DNA of 64,000 nucleotides from Candidatus Scatosoma sp. (GTDB lineage: Bacteria > Bacillota > Clostridia > Christensenellales > Borkfalkiaceae), in assembly GCA_045660225.1 (NCBI GenBank), contig JAZRDK010000077.1, forward strand, positions 7,528 to 71,527. Direction: 5' to 3'. Shown here one piece after another: positions 26,749 to 36,143 of this stretch (position 1 is its first letter; each line of letters begins with the position of its first letter). A program made the position numbers and the translations under genes. The notes under the pieces were generated by a model that had not been told where the DNA came from, made no database searches, and saw only the letters and a list, made by a program, of their open reading frames with translations.

Positions 26749-27714
26749 TTACTTCGCCGTTTCTTCGTCCGTTTTCTTGCCTATTTTTCGTTTCATTTTA
26801 CGCCAAAGGCATACCATGTCCGTCTTGAATTGTTTATAATCGAAAATCATCGCCAAGCCAAACGAGAGTGGCAACACCAAAATAAACACGGGGAAAATCA
26901 TCCAAAACCACGGCCAGTACTTAAGCTCGCCCTTATGTGGGCCGATGGGTACGGTCTTGAAAAAGTCGGGGCACAAATAGGTAAAAATCTTGCCGATATC
27001 GTCTTCCACAATCGTCCATTTTCCGTCGACTTCTTCCAGCTCTAAAGGGCCCCAAATATACGACGTGTTTTTATAATTCGGCACGAAGAATTGCAATCCG
27101 TCCGCGTTTTCGCCGTCCCTAAGCGGAATAAAGCCCAACTCGCTTTGTAAAATTTGGTTGAGCATAATAAACAGCATCACAAGCAACAGCGCAACGGGCG
27201 CAATCCAAATGCGTTTATACGAAAGAGTGTGTTTTTTGAAAAGTACCATCAAAAGCGGAACGGCAATAATCATCCAATGGTGATAATAAAACCTTAAAAC
27301 GTCCCAAATCTCCGCCATTTGCTCTTCCATACCGCCTTTTGCAATCGGCTCTTGCGGATAGAAAAAGGTGATAAGCCCCGTCAAAACGCCTATGTAAAAC
27401 ATATAATCCTTCACGTACTTGTTTTTCATGAAGTAGAAGAAGGGGAAAAGCGCGATGTTCGCACCGCAAATATTGACGAACCAAGAATCTCTAAGCCCAC
27501 GGTCGGTAATGTGGAAACCACCTTCATAGCTTGCGTAGGGCGGAACGAACATTTTCAAGAAATGCAACAAAAACCCAACGACAAGCAGGGAAAACAATAC
27601 GATATTTTGCGTACGCGAAGACGCGTTTCTCAACATAAAATATAAACCGAGCAAACCGCCGATTTGCAAAACAATAAAGAAGAAATACCAAAAGTTAAAC
27701 ATTTGTACTTCCAT
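26749..27714 (-). CDS. Polytopic membrane protein, possible paralog of 4767..5630
   Basis: ATG 27714 lies 6 nt after AAGGAGTG (the GTG at 27723 is rejected). It has about eight hydrophobic helices, with FYPQE and YYHHW motifs. Confidence 0.55.
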   Translation of the reverse strand: MEVQMFNFWYFFFIVLQIGGLLGLYFMLRNASSRTQNIVLFSLLVVGFLLHFLKMFVPPYASYEGGFHITDRGLRDSWFVNICGANIALFPFFYFMKNKYVKDYMFYIGVLTGLITFFYPQEPIAKGGMEEQMAEIWDVLRFYYHHWMIIAVPLLMVLFKKHTLSYKRIWIAPVALLLVMLFIMLNQILQSELGFIPLRDGENADGLQFFVPNYKNTSYIWGPLELEEVDGKWTIVEDDIGKIFTYLCPDFFKTVPIGPHKGELKYWPWFWMIFPVFILVLPLSFGLAMIFDYKQFKTDMVCLWRKMKRKIGKKTDEETAK

Positions 27715-27769
27715 ATCGAGCACTCCTTATACAACCGTTTTTCTTTTTGCCTTTATCCTTGCCCTATCT

Positions 27770-28489
27770 TTACAAGATTTCGAGCAGTTTTTCAAGTTTA
27801 TGAATTTCGTACGTCGGCTGAAACCCCGTTGCGTTTTCCTGCCCACCAGGATTATACCAACAACTGTCCATCCCCACCGCCATCGCCCCGGCAACGTCGG
27901 AGGAAAGCGAGTCGCCTATCATAAGACACTCTTCCTTTTTGGCCTGCAATTTTTCAAGCATCCTTTCGAAAAATTCGGGCAACGGCTTGATACAGCCCAA
28001 CGCTTCGGACACGAACACCGCCTTTGCATAAGGGAACAGTTTGCAAAGCCTTGCGCGTTGAATTTCCAAAAGCCCGTTCGTCGCAATGCACACGTCGTAT
28101 TCTCCACCGTTTTTCTTGGACAGTTTCTTTACCACTTCTTCCGCCCCGTCCATCATCGCGCCTTCGCGCGCCAAAAGCTCTAAAAACCGCTTGCTCGTTG
28201 CTTTGGGGTCGGCGTTGCAAGGAAATTTTTCAAAAATCCGCGCAAACACGCCGTATAAATGCGTGCGGTAAAGCTGATGATATTCGCGCTGGATTCTTTC
28301 GTCGTGCACGTCGTACAGCCCCGTCTTCGTCCACTCGTCTTCAGAAAAAAACCGACTGGCTTTGGCAAGCTCCGCCGTGTAGGCAAGCCCTAGTTCTTTA
28401 TATAACTCTTCAAAGGCGGACGTTTCGTCGTTAATATAATGCAAAAGGGTGTGGTCGGCGTCAAAAATAAGGCATTTATATTTTTTCAT
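27770..28489 (-). CDS. HAD family hydrolase
   Basis: CLIFDADHTLL (DxDxT), IATNG and IGDSLSSDVAGA. Confidence 0.85.
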   Translation of the reverse strand: MKKYKCLIFDADHTLLHYINDETSAFEELYKELGLAYTAELAKASRFFSEDEWTKTGLYDVHDERIQREYHQLYRTHLYGVFARIFEKFPCNADPKATSKRFLELLAREGAMMDGAEEVVKKLSKKNGGEYDVCIATNGLLEIQRARLCKLFPYAKAVFVSEALGCIKPLPEFFERMLEKLQAKKEECLMIGDSLSSDVAGAMAVGMDSCWYNPGGQENATGFQPTYEIHKLEKLLEIL

Positions 28490-28510
28490 CTCGTACCTGC
28501 CCCCCTTCTT

Positions 28511-28717
28511 TTACCAATCTTGTTTTTTCAAGGACTTGTCCTTCACGTCGTCGTAGTACGCAAAATACCGTTCCTTAAACTGTGCAGGCGAAAGCGTCGT
28601 TTCCCCGTCACAGCGCATCCTTTCCAACATTTCTTCTAATTCGTCGGGCGTGAAATCGCCGATTTCCGTTTCTTCGCCGATTTCCTGCAACAATTTGAGT
28701 ATATCCAACTTTGACAT
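28511..28717 (-). CDS. Small acidic hypothetical protein (68 aa)
   Basis: ATG 28717 lies 2 nt after the upstream stop, and GGAG is upstream. The product starts MSKLDILKLLQEIGEETEIGDF... Confidence 0.5.
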   Translation of the reverse strand: MSKLDILKLLQEIGEETEIGDFTPDELEEMLERMRCDGETTLSPAQFKERYFAYYDDVKDKSLKKQDW

Positions 28718-28719
28718 CG

Positions 28720-29553
28720 TTAAATCTCCACTTTGATATGTTCGCCACGACAAGGCACGGTGAGATAGGTAAACCCGATTGCCTTCAACCTTTCAACGAC
28801 TTCGTCAAACTTGTCCGCAACGCGCGCAACCAAATGCGCGTCCGAGCCAAACGAAATTTTCCTTCCGCCCAACGCGAAATACCTTTCCACGACGTCGTAA
28901 TCAGGCAACGTCGCCTGTTCGGCCATCTTGCTGGCGCTGTTGATTTCTAAAATTTTGTCCTTTTGAATAATCGTTTTCAAAATCTCGTCGATTTTCTCAG
29001 CGAAATCGGCAACGCGCATCTTCCTGTCTTCAAACGGCACGTACCTGCAAACGTATCCGATATGCCCCACGACGTCGTAGGGGTAGGGCGCGTCCAAACT
29101 GCGTTTTACAAGGTCTAAATACGCGTCGTACTCGCTTTTTTTGTCTTTCTCGAACGCGCAGTAGCAATAATCTTTGCCGTCGACGCCGTGCACGCTGTTG
29201 ATGACGTAGTCGGGTTGATGCTTTTTGCAAAATTCCACGTACTTTTTCAAAACGTTTTCGTCGTCGTCATAACCGAACTCGATGCCGACAAGCACGTTCA
29301 AAACACCGGCGTAGTCTTCCTGCAAATGCCTTGCGTGGTGGAAATACTCGTCACGGACGCTTTGCTCCCGTTTCAAAACTTCTTGCAAACGTTCGGGGAA
29401 AAATTCCAACTTATAACCACCGTCGTAATGTTCGTTTACGCCGTAAAAACAAAGCCCCCTTTCGCTGGCGGTTTGCAACATCTCTTCCAAGCTGTTTCTT
29501 CCGTCGTGCGAGAAGGCGGAGTGCGTATGTAAATCCGTACGAAATTTTGCCAT
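28720..29553 (-). CDS. PHP-domain phosphoesterase (histidinol-phosphatase HisJ-like family)
   Basis: MAKFRTDLHTHSAFSHDG, VNEHYD and SDAH. I chose ATG 29553. Confidence 0.8.
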   Translation of the reverse strand: MAKFRTDLHTHSAFSHDGRNSLEEMLQTASERGLCFYGVNEHYDGGYKLEFFPERLQEVLKREQSVRDEYFHHARHLQEDYAGVLNVLVGIEFGYDDDENVLKKYVEFCKKHQPDYVINSVHGVDGKDYCYCAFEKDKKSEYDAYLDLVKRSLDAPYPYDVVGHIGYVCRYVPFEDRKMRVADFAEKIDEILKTIIQKDKILEINSASKMAEQATLPDYDVVERYFALGGRKISFGSDAHLVARVADKFDEVVERLKAIGFTYLTVPCRGEHIKVEI

Positions 29554-29735
29554 AATACCCACTTTCAAACGATTTTCTACATTATAGCACAGCCACACTT
29601 TTTTTTCAAGTATACGACGGGGAAAAAGTTGTGAATTTTTGCATATTTTTCCACTTATCCCCTAAAAACGCGCGCTTTATTGTAAGCGTTTGCCAACGAA
29701 GGCAAATCCCCCCGTTTTTGCCATTTTTCTCCCTA

Positions 29736-29764
29736 TTGACGGGCGCAAAAATCTCCCTTATAAT
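29736..29764 (+). promoter_or_regulatory. Sigma-70-type promoter
   Basis: TTGACG, a 17-nt spacer, then TATAAT. Confidence 0.65.
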
Positions 29765-29817
29765 CGACGTAGCGTTTTTTCTTTTTTCAAAACGCAACGC
29801 TTTTAAGGGAGAATTTT

Positions 29818-30732
29818 ATGAAAAAAATCAAATGTTTTTTGGCGCTTATCCTTGCGCTATGTTTCCTTGCACCCACCGCCTTTTTCGTCGCTTGTCGTAG
29901 CGAAGAGCCACAACTCAACGCACCGACGTTAGAAGAAAACGAAAGCCAAAGCGAGAGCTCTTCTTCCGCGCCTTCCGTAGAAGATAGTACGCCCGCGCCA
30001 ACGCCTACACCTACGCCGACGCCTACGCCTACGCCTACACCTACGCCGACGCCCCCGAAGGAAGAAAACTCTTCTCAAAACTCCCCGCCCAAAACGCAAA
30101 CGGCAAAATACATACGTTTGACGGGCAACAACGTAAACGTAAGGAAGGGGGCAGGTACGGATTCAAGCACAATAGGTAGCGCGGAGAAGGGTAGCGTGTA
30201 CGCGTTGATAGGACAAACGGGCAACTGGTATAAGACCTATTACAAAAACCAAACCGCGTATATCTACGCGGAATACGCCTCCGTTTTTACCTTAGAAAAA
30301 AGCACGGATAAGGACGTAGAATCGGTGCTTGAAGAAGGGTACAAACTTCTCGGCGTACCCTACGTCTACGGCGCGGTGCGTTTCCACGACGGCAAGGGCA
30401 ACCTTTTGGGCGGTTTCTCCGCGCAAAAATTCGATTGCTCGTCTTTGGTGCAATACGCCTTTTACAAGGGCGCAGGCGTCAAACTCGGCGTGCATACGCG
30501 CGCACAGGTCGTACAAGGCAAGGCGGTGAAACGCGCCGACTTGCAACGCGGAGATTGTATCTATTTCACAAACGAAGACAGACGGTATAATACGGGTATC
30601 GAACGCGTGGGGCACGTCGCCATTTATCTTGGCAACGACTATATCCTGCACACCGCATCCGATTACGCTCGTATTGAAAAACTGACGGCAAAACGTTGGA
30701 GTTTTTATATCGAATCTAGACGTTTTCTATAA
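29818..30732 (+). CDS. NlpC/P60 (C40) cell-wall peptidase lipoprotein with a TP linker and an SH3b domain
   Basis: Lipobox FFVAC; a (TP)n linker; SH3b-like YIRLTGNNVNVRKGAG...WYKTYY; and catalytic FDCSSLVQYAF with GHVAIYLG...ILHT. Confidence 0.88.
   Translation: MKKIKCFLALILALCFLAPTAFFVACRSEEPQLNAPTLEENESQSESSSSAPSVEDSTPAPTPTPTPTPTPTPTPTPTPPKEENSSQNSPPKTQTAKYIRLTGNNVNVRKGAGTDSSTIGSAEKGSVYALIGQTGNWYKTYYKNQTAYIYAEYASVFTLEKSTDKDVESVLEEGYKLLGVPYVYGAVRFHDGKGNLLGGFSAQKFDCSSLVQYAFYKGAGVKLGVHTRAQVVQGKAVKRADLQRGDCIYFTNEDRRYNTGIERVGHVAIYLGNDYILHTASDYARIEKLTAKRWSFYIESRRFL
29989..30057 (+). repeat. Tandem ACN-CCN hexanucleotide repeat encoding (TP)n
   Basis: ACGCCTACACCTACGCCGACGCCTACGCCTACGCCTACACCTACGCCGACGCCC. 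Confidence 0.9.
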
Positions 30733-30733
30733 T

Positions 30734-30763
30734 AAAAAAACCTGCCAAACGGCAGGTTTTTTT
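30734..30763. terminator. Bidirectional terminator
   Basis: AAAAAAACCTGCC-AAAC-GGCAGGTTTTTTT. Confidence 0.85.
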
Positions 30764-30764
30764 A

Positions 30765-31568
30765 TCAAAGTTTCGCTTTTAACGCGCCCCTAATATCCCA
30801 GTTTGTTTCCAGCAAAAGCGCTTCCGCTTCCGTCGGCGAAACACCCAAAATATCCGTTACCATCGACACCGCACGCGCGCGCAGTTTTTTGTTGCTGGGA
30901 ATCATATTTATCATATAATTTTGATGCGTATAACCGCTTCTTACAAACAACGCGGTAGAAAACATATTCAAAATCAATTTTTGGCTTGTCCCAGCCTTCA
31001 TCCGCGTCGAGCCTTTAATCGCTTCCGCGCCCGTCAACGTTTCAACGGCAATATCCGCAAGCTTTGCCATTTCCGTATCTTCGTTGTTTACCAGCGCGCC
31101 TACGACACAGCCCGTTTCCTTCGCTTTTTCCATAAACGCCAACACGAAGGGCGCGCGACCTGCCGCCGAAATCCCGATGACCAAATCGTCCGCGGTGATG
31201 CCTTCTTCTTCAAACGCCTGTACACCGCGCTCACGACTGTCTTCGCAACCTTCCTGCGCGTTGACCATTGCCTTTGCTCCGCCTGCGATTACCGCGTTTA
31301 CAACGCCCGGCGCAACCCCGTACGTCGGCGGACACTCCGACGCGTCTACTACGGCAAGTCGACCGCTCGTACCGCAACCGCAATAGAAAATACGTCCGCC
31401 CTTTTTCAACGCTTCTACGCCTGCATCCACCAGCTTGGCTACGCTGGGAATCACCTTTCTGACCGCACCTGCAACGGTGGCGTCTTCGTCGTTAATCATA
31501 TACAACACGCCTTCCGTCGTCGCCTCAGAAATTCCTTTCGTTCTTTGGTTTACACTTTCCGTACTCAT
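30765..31568 (-). CDS. murQ: N-acetylmuramic acid 6-phosphate etherase
   Basis: SIS domain with GRIFYCGCGTSGRLAVVDASECPPTYGV. ATG 31568 follows GGAGGAA. The track's 46-codon extension overlaps comF and is rejected. Confidence 0.88.
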   Translation of the reverse strand: MSTESVNQRTKGISEATTEGVLYMINDEDATVAGAVRKVIPSVAKLVDAGVEALKKGGRIFYCGCGTSGRLAVVDASECPPTYGVAPGVVNAVIAGGAKAMVNAQEGCEDSRERGVQAFEEEGITADDLVIGISAAGRAPFVLAFMEKAKETGCVVGALVNNEDTEMAKLADIAVETLTGAEAIKGSTRMKAGTSQKLILNMFSTALFVRSGYTHQNYMINMIPSNKKLRARAVSMVTDILGVSPTEAEALLLETNWDIRGALKAKL

Positions 31569-32305
31569 TTTAATTCCTCCAAAGCGGTTGCCGTTAGGAA
31601 AATTACCCGTTTTGCTCCCGCATTTTTTAACTTTTCCGCACACGCGCTCCCTGTCGCGCCCGTCGTCATAACGTCGTCGACAAGCACCACGGTTTTGTCC
31701 CTGCACGCCTTCCGCTTATGCACGAAAAACGCGCCTGCAACGTTCTCTTTCCGCTCGTAAAAACTCTTCGTTTTTTGCGAAGCGGTTTCCCTTCGTTTTT
31801 CTAAAACGTCAGCCATAAACTCCACGTCAAACCCGTGCGCCGTCAGTCGCGCCGACACGACTTCCGCAAGGCGTTCGGCTTGGTTATAACCGCGTTCGCG
31901 CAGTTTGGTGGGCGTAATCGGCACGGGCACAAGCAAAACCTGGCACTTGTCTTGCCTTTGGCAAAAACAATCCGCCATCTGCTCGCCAAAGTAATAGGCA
32001 AGCCTTGGTTTCCCGTTTTTCAAACGATTGATAAGCAACGCCGTTTCACCGTGATAGATAAAGGGCGAAACACCGCAATCAAACTTGGGCAAATCGCTTT
32101 TACAAGAAAGACAAACCCCTTCGGCAATCGTTTGCCTACCGCATACGGGACACGCCCTTTCCACGCGCGCCAATGCGCCGTCGCAGTCGGAGCAAAGCCG
32201 ATGCGTGGGGTATGCAAACACTTCTCTTCCGCACGCGTCGCACGTATATCCGCGCTCACCCGAACGTTTTCTAAGCCTATCCAAAAACCGCCTAATCGCG
32301 CCCAT
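31565..32305 (-). CDS. comFC: ComF family protein (phosphoribosyltransferase domain)
   Basis: N-terminal Cys4 motifs (CDACG...CSDC, CPVCG...CLSC). PRTase loop VVLVDDVMTTGAT. ATGA overlap with murQ. Confidence 0.85.
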   Translation of the reverse strand: MGAIRRFLDRLRKRSGERGYTCDACGREVFAYPTHRLCSDCDGALARVERACPVCGRQTIAEGVCLSCKSDLPKFDCGVSPFIYHGETALLINRLKNGKPRLAYYFGEQMADCFCQRQDKCQVLLVPVPITPTKLRERGYNQAERLAEVVSARLTAHGFDVEFMADVLEKRRETASQKTKSFYERKENVAGAFFVHKRKACRDKTVVLVDDVMTTGATGSACAEKLKNAGAKRVIFLTATALEELK

Positions 32306-32341
32306 AGCACACCGTTTTAGTACGTCAACGCGTACCTGCCC

Positions 32342-33313
32342 CTATCCTTTCGAGTTTTCGCCTTGGCTTTCCACGTCTTTTTTGCGTTGGTATTTGACAA
32401 GCGTATACGCCAACACCGCGCCGATGGCAAACAAGAGAGCGCCAATGAGCAAATCCATAACAGCGTTTCCGCCGTTTGCCCAACCGACGTACGCCTCTAC
32501 GACGTCACCGTTGCAAAACATCGAAACGAGCGAGCCAAGCGATAAGCCGACAATCATACAGTACGCCGAGTGCCGAGCCTTCGCGAACACCGTCGTCAAC
32601 AATTTAGAAAGACCCAAAACCCCGGCAAGGAAACCAAACCCTAAACCTGCGTACACCAAGAACACGGCAGGGTTCGACTGCCAGTAGGTCGCGCTGACGC
32701 TTTCCATCAGAGAGCCGTACCAGCCCACCGCCATCAAAAACGCGCTTGCGCTAAGCCCAGGTACGATTTGCGTAATGCCGACGACGAACCCAACGAGAAC
32801 GGCAAGCAAAACCTGACCTGCGCCAACGTCGGAAAAACGGTCGACAACCGTCGCGCCTTCACCCACCGCGGTAATTGCTGAAAAGCAACCGATTGCAACG
32901 GGAATACACAAGCCTACGACAAACAGGGCAATGCGTTTTTTGGTACGCTCCGCGCCCTTAATTTCGTCCTTGACGGCAGGAAACGCGCCTGCCATCAGCC
33001 CTGCAAACAGGCATACGACGGCAAACAAATTGAATTCTAAAAGTTTTTTTACGCCAAACAACCCCGTCAAAAACCCAACGCCGATGCCGATGCCGATAGG
33101 CAACAGGAAAATAAAGCATTTTTTGAATTTTCTAAACAGGTTGCCAAGCGCGTACAAAAACTGGTCGTACAGCTTAAAAATGATGGCTACCGTCGAACCG
33201 CTAATACCAGGGACAATGACGGCAAGCCCGATAATAAAGCCCAAAAGCGCGCTCTTCGACCACGTTTTTTTGTTGTATTTAATTAAGGCAATTTCCAGGC
33301 TCTCGCTTCCCAT
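32342..33313 (-). CDS. DUF368 family membrane protein
   Basis: Duplicated PG(I/L)S(G/A)S motif (VPGISGSTVAIIF and VPGLSASAFLM) in a polytopic protein. It ends in TAG. Confidence 0.75.
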   Translation of the reverse strand: MGSESLEIALIKYNKKTWSKSALLGFIIGLAVIVPGISGSTVAIIFKLYDQFLYALGNLFRKFKKCFIFLLPIGIGIGVGFLTGLFGVKKLLEFNLFAVVCLFAGLMAGAFPAVKDEIKGAERTKKRIALFVVGLCIPVAIGCFSAITAVGEGATVVDRFSDVGAGQVLLAVLVGFVVGITQIVPGLSASAFLMAVGWYGSLMESVSATYWQSNPAVFLVYAGLGFGFLAGVLGLSKLLTTVFAKARHSAYCMIVGLSLGSLVSMFCNGDVVEAYVGWANGGNAVMDLLIGALLFAIGAVLAYTLVKYQRKKDVESQGENSKG

Positions 33314-33839
33314 CTTCCCTTTCCTTTTTTCTTTTTTTCGAGCTATGCACCGCTAAACCGATAAGCACGGCTATCAGCGCAAAAATCAGTCCCAGCGCAC
33401 CGCCGAGCGTATCCATCGCCACGTCGCCAAGCGACGGCGCACGTCCTATACTGAACGTTTGCAACCACTCGTCGATAATCGGCACGACGATAACGCCCGT
33501 AACGGGCAAGTAGAAATACCGCGCAGTCAAAGTGTACGCAAAATAGCACCAACAAAACAGCGCGCCCAACAGGGCAAATTCCGCAATATGCGCCAATGTA
33601 CGCACGAATTCGTGCAGAATTTCATAATTTTCGCCCGTTGCCTCCGCCCATTTCGATTCCGGCGCGACGGCGCGGATGATTTCCTGTGCAACCGCAGTCA
33701 CGGACGAGCTTTGCGCGGAAGATTCGTCGCCCGTTTGCAAGGAGTTGTGGAAGATAAACCACAAAATTCCAAGGCACGCCAACGGCAACAAAACACGCAA
33801 AAGATAAACGATTTTGTTTTTTCTTCGTTTTGCCTGCAT
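33279..33839 (-). CDS. VanZ family membrane protein
   Basis: HIAEFALLG, DEWLQTFSIGRAPSLGDVAMDTLGG. Confidence 0.8.
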   Translation of the reverse strand: MQAKRRKNKIVYLLRVLLPLACLGILWFIFHNSLQTGDESSAQSSSVTAVAQEIIRAVAPESKWAEATGENYEILHEFVRTLAHIAEFALLGALFCWCYFAYTLTARYFYLPVTGVIVVPIIDEWLQTFSIGRAPSLGDVAMDTLGGALGLIFALIAVLIGLAVHSSKKRKKEREDGKREPGNCLN

Positions 33840-33987
33840 ACTTTTATTATACGATAAATGTCTGCTCCCGTCAAGGGATTAAGCGCAATTTTTTTCGCCA
33901 AATCTTGACGAAATCAGCCGTTTTTTCACGTTTTTTTGTCTTTTTGTTTCACTACAATAGAAATATATACAAAACGTTGGGGGAAAT

Positions 33988-34998
33988 ATGAATTATATCA
34001 AAAAAATGTGCATCTTACGACAAATTCGGCAGGGATTTTCTGGGGACGGTAAAACCTTGTCGGGGCTTGTCAAAGTAGAACAGTACGGCAAAAATCTTGC
34101 CGTCGAAGTGTCGATTATCAATTTCGCGCCCCTTTCCTTGGGCGAATACTATTGTCTGCTTTCCGACGGCAGGGGGAAAACGGAAATGCTGTCCTTGCGC
34201 GGAAAAAGTATGTTTAATATCCTGTCCGACGTCGACGTTTCATCGGGTTTTTGCGCGATTATTTGTTTTGTCAAAAACGAAGTCGTGCCCATTGCCTACG
34301 GCATCAACGGAAACGGCTCGTATGACTACCGCGCCATCTTAAACGCGGCCCTGCCCCCTGTCTTTCCAAAAAAACGCGACGTTTCGGACGGCGAAATTGC
34401 CAGCGCGAAACGAGTTGATAAGCAAGACGAAAAGTCCAACGCGCCCGTCGTTGAAATCCACGATAACAACGTCTACGACGACGAACGTGTCGCCGAGAAA
34501 AATTATTATAAGGAGCAGGTCGATGAACGCGAGCAGTTTGAAAAAGTTGGCGAAAATGCACGTCGTCAAAGCGCAAATCAAGGGCAGGACGCGGAAGAAG
34601 GGTCTGGTTTTGAGAAAGATGACGATGCTCAAGAGCTATTCCAGGCGTTTGAAACGTCCCCCGACGGATACTATTTGTCCGTAAAACGAGAACTTGACGC
34701 GCTGTTTTCCGCCTATCCTAAGGACGAAACGTTAAAAGACGCGTTTTCGCTTGGAGAGTGGGTGCGTATCCGTGGCACGGCGCAACGCCCCGAATATCTC
34801 GTCGGCGTCGTCTACGAAGACGGGAAGGCGAAATACGTTTGCTATGCCCTGCGCGCAAACAACGGCGAAAGCGCACCCGAAGAAATTAAGGGCGTTTGCA
34901 CGTTCGTTCCCACTTCCGCGCTGGTCGACGCGGACGGATTTTTCGTCATTTTTCAAAGCGCGTCCACGGGGCAATGCGTGAAACCAACGCAAATTTAG
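33988..34998 (+). CDS. Hypothetical protein (336 aa) with an acidic central linker
   Basis: A clean ORF ending in TAG. No family recognised. Confidence 0.55.
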   Translation: MNYIKKMCILRQIRQGFSGDGKTLSGLVKVEQYGKNLAVEVSIINFAPLSLGEYYCLLSDGRGKTEMLSLRGKSMFNILSDVDVSSGFCAIICFVKNEVVPIAYGINGNGSYDYRAILNAALPPVFPKKRDVSDGEIASAKRVDKQDEKSNAPVVEIHDNNVYDDERVAEKNYYKEQVDEREQFEKVGENARRQSANQGQDAEEGSGFEKDDDAQELFQAFETSPDGYYLSVKRELDALFSAYPKDETLKDAFSLGEWVRIRGTAQRPEYLVGVVYEDGKAKYVCYALRANNGESAPEEIKGVCTFVPTSALVDADGFFVIFQSASTGQCVKPTQI

Positions 34999-35098
34999 CC
35001 GATTTTTAGGGCTAAAAAACTTTTTTTAATTTTTTTTGAAAGTGGGATAAAATAAGTTGACAAACGTCTGCCGTTGATATATAATATAGTTCGTTAAT

Positions 35099-35183
35099 GC
35101 GGTCGTGGCGGAACTGGCAGACGCGCAAGACTAAGGATCTTGTGGGTAACTCCATGCAGGTTCAATTCCTGTCGACCGCACCA
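35099..35183 (+). tRNA. tRNA-Leu with anticodon AAG as read
   Basis: GCGGTCGTGGCGGAACTGGCAGACGCGCAAGACTAAGGATCTTGTGGGTAACTCCATGCAGGTTCAATTCCTGTCGACCGCACCA. The acceptor stem is perfect, with discriminator A. It is class II with a variable arm. The anticodon stem is CAAGA/TCTTG and the 7-nt loop is C-T-AAG-G-A (35131-35137). Confidence 0.85.
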
Positions 35184-35184
35184 C

Positions 35185-35219
35185 AAAAATAGGATGTCCA
35201 TTAGGGCATCCTATTTTTG
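35185..35219 (+). terminator. Rho-independent terminator after tRNA-Leu(AAG)
   Basis: ATAGGATG / CATCCTAT stem followed by TTTTT. Confidence 0.75.
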
Positions 35220-35416
35220 TTTTACCGAATATCGACGGGAATTGAGGGTAGGAGCCGTGAGCAGGAGCGAACGCTTTGCCTTGCGCAACTTGGAAAATGG
35301 AACTCTTGAAGGCAACGTCGGCAATTGGTAATTGCCGAGCGGGGCGCGACGCTAAAGGCGCAATTCCTTTCGAGCGCAGTATGTCCCCTTTATCAATAAC
35401 AACCCGTTTCCAAGCG

Positions 35417-35445
35417 TTGACTTTTGTGTTTTGATGTGATACAAT
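35417..35445 (+). promoter_or_regulatory. Sigma-70-type promoter upstream of mgsA
   Basis: TTGACT, a 17-nt spacer (ending TGa), then TACAAT. A perfect 16-nt GC palindrome, GCAGGCGCGCGCCTGC, lies in the leader. Confidence 0.6.
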
Positions 35446-35528
35446 AATAAACGTAGCAGGCGCGCGCCTGCACCAAACAAAAACCTTGAAATGACAAAAG
35501 AAATACATATTTAATAAGGAGAATACAA

Positions 35529-35909
35529 ATGAGAATTGCATTGATTGCGCACGATAAAAAGAAAGACGAAATTATCGAGTTGGCGAAAAAATACAAAGAC
35601 GTACTTTCCAACTACGAACTGTACGCAACGGGAACGACGGGAACGTTGATTATGGGCGAAACGTCCTTGCCTATTAAAAGAATGAAGAGCGGTCCGCTTG
35701 GCGGCGACCAACAAATTGGCGCAATGCTTGCCAACGGCGAATTAGATTTAATCATCTTCTTGCGCGACCCCTTGACCGCGCAACCGCACGAACCGGACGT
35801 TTCCGCGCTTTTAAGACTTTGCGACGTGCAAAAAATCCCCCTTGCCACCAACGTAAGTAGCGCAACGATTATGTTGGAAACGTTAAAGAGCGGTACTTTC
35901 CGTTTCTAA
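35529..35909 (+). CDS. mgsA: Methylglyoxal synthase
   Basis: [12 protein letters not shown]..., [17 protein letters not shown], and [21 protein letters not shown]. Confidence 0.93.
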   Translation: MRIALIAHDKKKDEIIELAKKYKDVLSNYELYATGTTGTLIMGETSLPIKRMKSGPLGGDQQIGAMLANGELDLIIFLRDPLTAQPHEPDVSALLRLCDVQKIPLATNVSSATIMLETLKSGTFRF

Positions 35910-36059
35910 TCCCTGCAACCAAACTCAAAACCAAGCAAAAAGCGTCTTTTGAACGCTTTTTTCATTGCTAAATCCCCTGTTTTCGACGAAAAATAGGGCA
36001 AAAACACGCTTTTTTTCGCAAAAAAATGCAAAAAAAACGCAAAAATGTTTGTTAAAGTC

Positions 36060-36088
36060 TTGACAATACGTACCGTAGGTGGTATGAT
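36060..36088 (+). promoter_or_regulatory. Sigma-70-type promoter of the SipW-type operon
   Basis: TTGACA, a 17-nt spacer, then TATGAT. Confidence 0.65.
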
Positions 36089-36143
36089 ATAGAAATCAAA
36101 AATAGAACGAAAACGTTTTATTATACAAAGGAGGAAAAAAACC

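Noticed and set aside
35220-35416. A possible structured RNA or small ORF in the 200-nt gap between tRNA-Leu(AAG) and the mgsA promoter.
   Set aside because: There are only short local hairpins (for example GGCAATTGGTAATTGCC). The candidate 24-codon GTG ORF has a badly spaced RBS. No recognisable riboswitch, SRP, 6S or tmRNA motifs are present.
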